A DNA stretch of 41,616 nucleotides from Dirinaria sp. TL-2023a. Lineage: Eukaryota. Location: positions 1-41,616 of the forward strand of contig JAVEBF010000040.1 in the NCBI GenBank assembly GCA_051941275.1, read 5' to 3'. Below, piece by piece: positions 1 to 14,613 of the stretch. The notes below the pieces were generated by a model. That model saw only the letters and a program-made list of their open reading frames with translations. It was not told where the DNA came from and searched no databases. The first letter of the stretch is position 1, and each line of letters begins with the position of its first letter. The translations under genes and the position numbers were made by a program.

Positions 1-412
1 ATTATTTCTTTTTATCTTAAGCTAAGGTACCTACCCTACCCTTACCTACCCCCTTCGTTCTGGGATACCTAAGGTAGCTAATTGGGGGTTCGTTTGGGTC
101 CACCTCAGGTTATCTGTCTGTCTATAGAAATTACATGCATCTCATGTATCTTACCTAAGGTACCTACCTACCTACCAGTCCTCCGTGCTTGAAGGGAAAA
201 AAAAAAAAATTTGCAATATACTACCTATCAAGTATCACACTTCCTTGGCCTTGGCTATAAAGGACTAAGGTAGGTAACTAACGCCTTAAAGTGGGGGCCT
301 TTGAGTACAAATGGATGGGCCTTTCCCCCGCACAGTGCAGTACAACATTCTGGATAGTTGATACACGAGAGGGAGGACAGAGCACATTCCTCCGAGAAAG
401 CGCCCCTTTCTT

Positions 413-3400
413 TCAGAACGCATCGATCATTGCATCTTCGTAGTCGTCGTCATCGGAACCTCCTCCTCCTCCTTGCTCTGCCCACATCAGCGCCCTCAGC
501 TTCGCCTTGCGGTTTTCCTCTGCACGTCGCGCCGCATCGTCCACAGTCGGGGAAACTTTCCTTGGCGCTTCAAACGGTCCCGTGCCATCAAAAGCAGAGG
601 GCAAATCTCCATACAGTGACGGCGTGGCCTCATCTGCTATCGGTGGAACATCCTCTTCCGCCTTGCCAGGCCCGAGTTTCGAAAGATCAACCCCGGGTTC
701 TGACTGTGGGAGAGGTTTGGGTGGGAATGCATCGACTGCTTCATCATCTGGGTCGCGAGGAGTTATGTCTTTCCTATCCGGGAACCGATGGCTGTCAGGA
801 CCAGAGGCATGCGCAGTCACGGTTTTGATCTGCTTATGTTCGGACGGTGTAGCTTGAGCGCCAGCCATTTCGGCCCTTGATCTTCTCTTGCGCTTTTTTG
901 GTTCTAGGGATTGGTTTTCTTCCAAACTGGCTTGGCCATGCATATCAAGGCTTCGTCGAGCGAGGTAAGCAGGCAATGCCCGCGGTCGCCGACTTCCGTT
1001 GATCGGCTTGAAGCTTTTCACAGTAGGCGCGTTTTCCTCAGACTCACTAGAGTCGTTCTGAACTGGCTCTGGGCTAGGGGTTAGGGTCGTGCGCCTTGTT
1101 GGCTTAGCTTCACTTGCTTTCTTCAACTTCTTCCGAGTACTGAAGTCCTCGTCTTTCTCGTCGCGGGTCAATCTGCGCTTTGCATTGCGAGCCGCAGAAG
1201 AAGTCCCATTGGCTAAAAAGTCCGACTGCAAGATTGTTGTTTCGGATCGTTTTGCAGGGTCCGGTCCACTCCTCTCTTGGATCTGAGCCAACTTTGGTGC
1301 ACTGACCCGCAACTTGAGCACCAACGACTTATTTCTCGGCGTGCTTGGCCTAGGATTGCTGCCGATTTCGGTCATGCGTTGCTGGAGCATAGCTTGATGG
1401 TATGCTCGAGATGCGTTCTCGGTATCCACATCAATGTGTTCGGGAACTTCAATACTTCGCTGCGTCGACACGTCCTTCTGGGTTTGGGATGCTGGTTGCG
1501 TTGGCGTAGCAGGGGAAATGGGGTTATTCGCTTCCAGTGACCCGGCAGCTGGATCTGTGTACTCGAACCTTATCCCATTCACATCCGTGGCTATAATCTT
1601 ACCCCCTTCATGATGTTTTTCCACCATGGGAGCAGTCGGGGCTTCAAAGTTGGAGAAGGAGGGGGCGAAACCATGATCGCCATCAGTGACACTGTCGAGT
1701 GTAGGAGCGCCATCGAGTAGTAAAGTCGGGTCGATTGGGATTCCATCATCCGCGGCTTGATTACTGCCGCGATCGGCCTCCCCAAGAATTTCGTCATCAC
1801 GCACATAGTTATCATCCAGGGCTGGATCCTTCGACTTTGCGAGATCGGCTTCACGTTGTCGACGTCGCAAGCGCTTGGTTTCGCGACGGTCATCGTCTCC
1901 AAGCCTCTTGAGCCACTGGATATTGGACTGACTATAGTTCACGAGGCTATCCCAGCTTCTAGGGTCGGCGACTTTCTTGACATCGTACCCTAGGAGGGTG
2001 CCCCTGGGTTCGTAGGGTTTGGCATCCTTCAGCTTGCGGCATTGCGCACAGGAGCAGATCTTCAAACAGTGTGGACATTTCCAGTCGGGATTTTGCATCA
2101 CGCTTAACGGCGATTGATCGAAACCGCGAAACAGACTACCATAGCAGTAGGCACGTCCACATTCGCAGAAATGGACTTTCCATTTGAATTCAGGCCAAAG
2201 ACATACGTGGCATTTTGGGTACGCCTCTTGCACCACTTTTGACCGCCTCATTATCTTCTTTTTCTTGATGCTACCGTCCGCGTTGACATATTCCTCGGTC
2301 ACCGGCGCTCCTCTACAGAGACGGTAGGGTGCTTCTGGAAGTTCTTTGGCGGGATCAAGCCAGGGCCGCGTCTTTAGCTGCTCATAGCAGACCTGAGCCA
2401 GCGTTTTCGTCTTGCAATTTTGCCTTTGAATGTCAAATGGCTTTGGTGACTTTTCATTAAGGCCATCAAATGCGATGATCTGGTTTCTCCAGGTTTCGTG
2501 CTTTTGCACCAATTCAGGCCAAGGAAACTGCTCGACCCATTTGTAACCCGAGTTGCAACGGCAAGATCTACCCATGGCATAACATTCCATACATATGTCG
2601 TACGTGTCTTCTTCTCCATTCTCAAGCGGAAGGATGCAAGTAGTACAAGTTAGGAAGCGGTTGAAGATATTACATCGGCAGTAGGAGCAAGTGATATTAC
2701 TGTCGTAAGGAATGTATTCCCTGCTTTTGTAGATCGATACATCGGGCGCCAGCGATTCTGAAAGCAATATCTCGTTGTAGAGAACGAACAGCCGTCTGAA
2801 GTCCTTTTGCAGCTGCCGTATCTTCGGATTGTAGCTGAGATCAAGTTGAGTCTGAGGGTCGGCTGCTACCTGCTTTTGATGGTCCACAGCCGTTATCAAC
2901 CTCGAATACCTCTCCAGAGCAAACAGGACAATGGCTTTATTTTTGTACTGTTCGTCCCGGCAAACCATTCGCGCACGGGGAAGGGCTTCATTCAGTGCCA
3001 TTTCCAAGGTCTCAACCGTTGTCCTATTCCAAGCAACCTTCATTGTGCGTGTCCCTCTGTTCCATACTTGATGCGGTGCCAATGGGGGAATGAGAATGAA
3101 GTCGCCAACTTTCTGTTCTACGATATAAGTGTTGAACGGAGCAGCTTTCCAAGCGTTTATCTGTGCGAAATGAGATTCAATCTCGATGTCGTGACCAAGT
3201 GTCGATAACCAGTATTCAGATACTAGATTGCGGTCCTTTGTCTCCGTCATGAACCAAATGGATGATCCAGGCTTTGTGGGCTTGCCGTCTTCATAGGTAG
3301 TTCCAGAAGCCTCTACCATCAGATTATGTCCCAGACTTGCACACATCTCACGATGCGCTGGAGTAAATGTCCCTTCATGACCAACGTAACACATCAAGTT

Positions 3401-4039
3401 CTCCGCACGCATGGCCGGTGGCAGACAGCTCATAAGATCACCCGCTCTTGCGATACCACGGCTCTTGTCATCCAAAGAACCAGGACCTCCAAAATCACCA
3501 GTGTTCTCATTCAGGTAGAAAACGCTCGCTGGGATTTGGGCTTGTAGTTTGTCATGCCAGATCTGAGGGCAGTCAATATCTTTCAGGTAAATTCGCTGCC
3601 TGTCCGACTCCTTGTAGTTGTACTTATTCCACTGGTTCGTCAAGCTGGTCATATTGTTCAGATAGTGACCTATGGACAAGGGCATGTTCTGCTGTTCGGT
3701 CAAATTCCTCGCTTGCTCGACTTCAATTTAAGCTGTTAGCTAAAGACCACAAAGCAAGAGATGAAACTCACATTTCTTGCCATGATTGTCTTGTAGCCAT
3801 TGCCTAGTGAATGTCCACCCGTCGAGCTTCCTGTCGAAACCTTCAATGACAAGCGGTTTACCACCGATGATTACATGAAGCAGCACTAGCTTCTCGAAAG
3901 CTTCTAGTCCTTGTTGTTCGATCATCTCACACGAGACTCGAGCCACATACTCGAAGTTGGGGGTCTCCTCCACGAGCGCGGCAAGATCTAGGTCGGGGGA
4001 TATCGGCTCAAAGGACGCAGATGGTCGCTGCGCCGGCAT
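413..4039 (-). CDS. JmjC-domain chromatin protein with Cys-rich zinc fingers (ZZ-like and zf-4CXXC_R1-like); probable orthologue of Neurospora DMM-1, ~1191 aa
   Basis: Exons 4039-3772 and 3720-413. The intron 3771-3721 (GTGAGT...GCTAAC...AAG) joins the two ORFs in frame (HGKK-F-EQARNLT). JmjC motifs NLMCYVGHEGTFTPAHREMC and GDFILIPPLAPHQVWN give an H-x-E...H triad. Cys clusters: CSYC..CTTC..CMEC..CRC and CHVC..CEC..YC..WKCPHCLKICSCAQC. Long low-complexity C-terminus. DMM-1 orthology is inferred from domain architecture. Confidence 0.88.
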
Positions 4040-4609
4040 CTTGACGACCTAGTGATTGAGCGTCACCAAGATATGAGGGAATCCTGATTTACGAAGAAGA
4101 TCTGATAGCTCGTTGGATTTGCTGCGCGGTGAACCAGAGCACAGCGAAGATCACCTAGTGAGCTGGTGATGGCGTGAAGAAACATTACGTGCGCTGTTTC
4201 ACACTCACTAAGTTGGGCGCGAGATACTCATGCTTGTAGCCGTAGACGTACAAGAGAAAAGAGAAGTAGGAAAGCCCGAAATAAGTGAAAAAGTTGCGGG
4301 GGACTGACATCGAGGAAGTGGAGGTTCGAGGTTCACTCTGCAGTCACAACCGCGCTAGGATTCCGCGGTGTCCGGGGGCTGGTATGCGATGGGGGTACTC
4401 CCCTTGCCTGTGAGATTGGGGGAGGAGTACACCCGCACCTAACAATTCTTCGGTTTTCTATTCAGGTATACAAAGTACAGTAGGGATTGGTTTTCTCTAC
4501 GGTCTATAATATTCTACGTATTAGTGCCTCATCCTATTGACGTATTGATTCACATTACGCTGGTGCAACTTTTATGTAGGTATGGGTCGGACTTAGTCCC
4601 TCATCATTA

Positions 4610-9566
<4,957 letters not shown>

Positions 9567-10779
9567 CTAATCTACCTGTATAACCAGAGTATATTGCTCA
9601 AACCCTCATGGCGAGTTTTCAAAGGCACTGTTTTATGCCTTGGGTGCTATTGCTGAGGTCAGCTGACAGTGTTTGCTCGGAAGTCTGCAAGTCGTTGCTG
9701 GAACATAAGATCCAACATTTTGACCCGTAATACTATGCAACACAAAATAACAACGCCAAATTAGAGACCCAGCAGCAAATCAGAGTTCAGCTGTATAGCC
9801 AAGTTCGACATTTCCCTTGTGCTAAATTTGTGTTGGGATAATTGAAAAACGGAGTACGGTGGTGGACGCCATAGGGTTTAGGCGAGCCAGGGTAAGTGCG
9901 AGCTAGCGCCATGTCCGCCAAGACGAAGTTGTCTAGGTAGCAAGTCAGGTAGAGCTTACCTTACCTATAACAGGTACTTAGTCATACCTAGAGTATTTCA
10001 GGTAGGCTATATATTTAGCTGTAGGTAAAATAGCTTCTCTAACCTTATATGCGCCTTAGATAACCTCCTAAGGCAAGGCGTTCAAGTACCAATTACCGTG
10101 CCCAAATATCAATTATACGAAGGTTTCCTAAATGGTGGTTATCACTTGCTGAGCATCACAAGTAATGCAACAATCCATCGACGCTTCAATGCAGCAAAAA
10201 CAGCAACGAATCTTAATTGTGTGGGCGGATGAATTCCGTACTAGACTTCGAGGTCGCTATGGTGAGATCCCTATCGAGTTGCGACCAGGACACTACAAAA
10301 TGCGATTACAACGGGTTTTCCTGGTTGAGCCTCAAAGCCCTCATGACAGAGTATATAGTTTTTACCAGCACTATCTACAAGATCTTGACAATGTTTAGGA
10401 TAGCTAGAAGGGACCAGGGATAAGGTACGTAATCGTATAATGCCGAATAATTGACACAATCAGGACCAGGTGAACGCTGAAAATTCTGCGACAATGCTTG
10501 ATTGTTCTGATGAGAGCTGAGGTTACAGTGGGAGAGCTGACTTGCACTATGCTAGCTTCGCAGCTGCTGATTTCGAGCGCATGGAGGGTTGGGTGGTCCA
10601 GCGTACATCAACCTCGTCCTAAGTACGCGCATCATTTTTTCATAATGTTCCTTATGAATTCATCTCGAATAACCGGGAGACAACTCCAAGACATCTTATA
10701 GTCGGTGATGAGTTGCTCATGCTCCGATCGCAGAACCGCAGGAAGAAAAAAGAAACCCACGACGGTGTAAGTCACTCGT

Positions 10780-11386
10780 TCACGCAGTGGCGGTGTTCTC
10801 GTTCAAGGGGCTGCCCCTGTGCGTAAGGACTCCGGAGCCAACATGGATCCTCTTTTCCGGGGGTCCGTTCCAGATATCGATCGACGCTTCCTGAAACCAG
10901 TGAGACTGCCACATCGATTCTGACAATGCGTACAGAAGATCGGCCATGTAGCCTAACGTCATATAGTGTAGGCTGATAGCCGAATGGTCGATGACCAACG
11001 AGGAGGATCCGATATAGATCTCCATTTCCCGGGCACTTAAGGGTGAGCCGATGCCGCGTCTGGCGATTCCTTGAGCAATGCGGTATAGCCCGGCTGAGAC
11101 CGACATGTAGACATCCGGTGCGGAGACGAGAGACCCTAAGGGAAGGGTTTTCAGGATCACCCGGGTCCTGGTTCCAGGAACATCAATCTCTAGCTCTCTA
11201 GAAGCGTTAAGGGGTGCAATTTTGCTTCGCAATCTCGTCAGTACCTCGGATGAGAAACGCTCGCTTCACTAACTTGAGATTCACTGAAGGTGAGGTCAGG
11301 TTTACCGGACCATCGTCACCCACGGCATTTGCGCAAAAGCCTTCTAATGAAAACAAAAAGGCAAGTAACAAATATGCTATGATCAT
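10780..11386 (-). CDS. Small secreted hypothetical protein, ~185 aa, Cys-poor
   Basis: Exons 11386-11274 and 11224-10780. The 49-nt intron 11273-11225 (GTTAGT..ACTGAC..AAG) joins two ORFs in phase 2. Signal-peptide-like start MIIAYLLLAFLFSLEGFCA; N-glycosylation sequons NLT, NAS, NTA. Confidence 0.75.
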
Positions 11387-12446
11387 GGCTGTGGGATGTG
11401 ATGATGCAAGAATCTCAGAATGTGATGATCTCAAGTCGAATAACTCGCCTTGGGTGGATTTCAGAAAGAGAAAGCCCTCCCCAGAGAAGAGACGCAAGCA
11501 TCAAATTATAACATTGGGCTGCTGAACACGAACACAGTGGTAGAACACGTTGATCTTTATTGTCACAAAATACCTAGCGCGTGTACCAACGCGATTTGCG
11601 ATGGGCCGCGTGTGCGGAAACCCCGCATACATTGCCCAGGCTGACAACGAAGACAATAATAGTAAGGCAGTAGTATGGATGAAAATACGGTGTGACGAGA
11701 AGGTTATTGCTAGGGTGGGATTTGGCAGTAGTGAGGATTGAATTGTTTTGAAGGCGCGGGATGGCAGCGGATGTATCCGATTGACCTGTTTCGCAAGCGC
11801 GCGAACCTTGTTCTTTTCCTGTTGGACTATCGAAGTAAGGTAGGCGGTAGCGAGTATCAACATTGCTCTAAACCCTGGCAAATCGCGCGCTCTATCTGTT
11901 GGGAATATTCAGCGACAGGATCGCTTTTGACGGGATCATGCCATCGACCTGTCAGGGGAGTAGCGAATGGCAAGAAATTGACGCACGAAGATCATATGGG
12001 GGCCGTCGCTGGAATTAGTTCGCTGAAGGCTTCTGCGGGTTAAGCGACGAAACGGGCAAAGAAATTTTAATGCCGACTAATCGCGACAAAAGAAGGAACA
12101 CGAATCAACGACTGTGATGCGGTCGACAACAGACTAGCCGCTTGTAGTAATAAGTGTGCAACTACAGGCCCCCTTCCTTCCTTCATCGAATGGTTTCTGG
12201 ATGGATAATCATGAATTGAAGTGAAAGCATCAAGCTGCAAGATGCGGGTGACAAAAGATTGACTGGAGAACCCAACGAGAATGTATAGAATCTCGAACAG
12301 GCATAACTTTGTTGTATGCAAATACCATCAACAGATGATAAGATTAACATACCCGTGAACACAAAACCTATCTCCAAGATCCTAGCTTAATCCATCCCCA
12401 ACTCGCAAGTCATGCAATAATGACGGCTCATGGATCTTATGACCCC

Positions 12447-13222
12447 TTAGTGATAGTACCTCACAACTGCGGTATTATCAAGGACCTCCACGGTTGTAGC
12501 AGGCAACGTGTCCGTGTCCGTCGGTACAACAGTCACGTACCTCACGCTGTTGAGCTGTCCCTTGAAATCGCAGAACTCAACCCGTCGCTGTTTCGCATCG
12601 TAATTGCACAGCGCACTGACGGTCTTTCCATTTGTGTTGACCCCCTTGAACTGGATAGTACATTTTTGAGGCGCGCCGATTGTGAGTTCCGTTGTCACAG
12701 CACAGCCTACATACGTGCTTACGAGGTCAAAGAACGCGACCGGCGACCCGGTATAGTCGGAAGTGATGTTGGGGGTTTTGCCGGCGAGGACGTTGTTAAG
12801 TTCGTTACTAGCAGCGGTATTGTTACCACTGACGGAGCGGAGAATGCTGGCGCCCTTTTCACTCGGCAAGTCAGCTTTCGAGCTTCGAGCAGGGACGGCA
12901 TTGTCTTCAGTTCCAGTATGAACCGAGGGACCAAGTCTCTCAACCCATCGAAATTAACTTGGACTCGCAAGAGCGAAGACAGCACTCACATTAGCGCGAG
13001 CATCAAATCGTTTGAACACGAGTTGCTTGTAGGGGCTAGGTATTGGGTCTGCCTCATTTGCGACGGGGTTGGAGACAATGTCATCGTACTGGAGATGACT
13101 AGTCAGCGGTTTGTGCGATGGTTCAGACAATTAAAACTCACCGTGATGACGATAGAACTGCTTGAAGGGGTGTTGGCGTAGATTGGAGACAAGCAGAGGG
13201 CCAAGACGGCGAGAGACCACAT
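12447..13222 (-). CDS. Small secreted beta-rich hypothetical protein, ~195 aa, 4 Cys in mature chain (resembles fungal DUF7371-type proteins)
   Basis: Exons 13222-13142 (MWSLAVLALCLSPIYANTPSSSSIVIT), 13088-12990 (YDDIVSNPVANEADPIPSPYKQLVFKRFDARAN) and 12854-12447. Introns 13141-13089 and 12989-12855 both have GTGAGT..GCTGAC..AG and are phase 0. The first two exons are absent from the ORF track. The family resemblance (ITYDD..P.PY..L.F..F..S.NN.A..FDL.S...GC) is from memory and unverified. Confidence 0.82.
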
Positions 13223-14613
13223 CCTGAAGAGACAGATTGACGCTGTTCAGCGTGAAAACGGTCTTCCGCGTTGTTGAGGTTCCTGCTAGAACAGAGTGTT
13301 CGAACGAAGCTGGAGGGAAAGACCCCTTTTTAAGTAGAGGAGCACAAGATTGGGCAGGAATGACTGGTAAACCACACTGGACTATACTAAACTCTCTGAT
13401 GACCCTGCTGTCCCGGCCTCGACCACGTATACTAATCACAATTAGGACTTATGCTCATCACAGATGCACACCAGAAGCTTGGATGCCGTGGTTTTGTCGC
13501 GTCTGCATGGTTCGTGCGTGAACAATGATTATGTGGCAGTACAGTAACCAATCCATTAGTACCCTGGAGCACACAACTGCGATTTTCGGACTTCGAAGTC
13601 TGTCTAGTTCATGTTCGAATTCCAGTATCCAGTCTTGACAACTTTCAAATTTTGCTAACATGCAGTTGTGAGTTAGTCTTAAAGTCGTGGTTGTGGTGTG
13701 GAAAAGACGGAGATTTTCGGATTCGACATGAGGAAACCAATCATTAAAAAGCTGGCTCTCTCGTGACGTATCAACTTACTCAGGTTGCTACTGGGGTATC
13801 AAATTAACTTTTGCCTTCTGTCCTTCTTGGCTCTCAGAATGGTTGCAACTTCGTAGAAGTCTCTGCGAGAATTTTTTAGTCAACAACTCCAAGCCATTTC
13901 GTCGACGTTACCATATATTACTCCGCATGACACTAGTGTACATAAGACCAATTCCATGGCCTTGAGCCGGTCCATTGTGAGATGTTTGCGCTGGTGCGTA
14001 AAGCTGAGACAACGAGATAGACTGGCCTTGCCGCAGCTTCAAGATTACAAAGTTGTTTGCTTTTGAAGGTTACGCCTCGCAATAAAAAGAATGAAAGAGG
14101 AGAAAGAAAAAAAAAAACGCTTAGCCACCTGGCGATGGCTAGCGGACACGGTACTCCGGCTGGACTCGGACATTGAGGGTTGCGTGGGAGTTTGCTTAAT
14201 TAGTAGACGCAACCCACTGATTTATTTTCATTCTATTGTATTTGGAATCATCCTTCATGTTACTAGTCCTGACTGATTGAGGACGACCTGATGACTCAAA
14301 CGAGGTCAGCAGACACCCCGTCCATCATCCGAGCTGGCGGTGGCGACTTAAGATGAGCTGCTGGATTGTAGGATGGTGATCTTGATTCAGCGATCCTTTC
14401 GCCGATCTAGTTAACTGGGGTGCCTGTCGCTCCGATCACCTTACAATATCTATAGCTGAAACAGCATCAGCCAACATAGCTGATTGCCGACACTTCGCGG
14501 GAGCATTGAGCAGTGTATCGACTACTTCCCAAATTGCGCCGCGCCACCAGAAAAGCCCTACACGATGCTGCAAGCTCTCCGTTCTCTCAAGGCACTAAAT
14601 CATACCAACTTCA

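Noticed and set aside
1070..1087. TTAGGG-like sequence suggesting an interstitial telomere
   Set aside because: A single unit inside the JmjC CDS (encodes TLTPSP); no array.
10165..10701. Short + strand ORFs (77, 68 and 67 aa) upstream of ARO1
   Set aside because: I could not build a coherent spliced model or recognise any motif. A decayed gene cannot be excluded.
12420..13181. 253-aa + strand ORF covering the secreted-protein gene
   Set aside because: It lies in codon register with exons 2-3 of the - strand gene (the usual open shadow frame) and has no recognisable motif. The - strand model has a signal peptide and consensus splice sites.
13585..13625. GTTCGAATTCC T-loop-like motif and GACTTCGAAGTC palindrome, suggesting a tRNA
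   Set aside because: No acceptor, D or anticodon stems could be formed.
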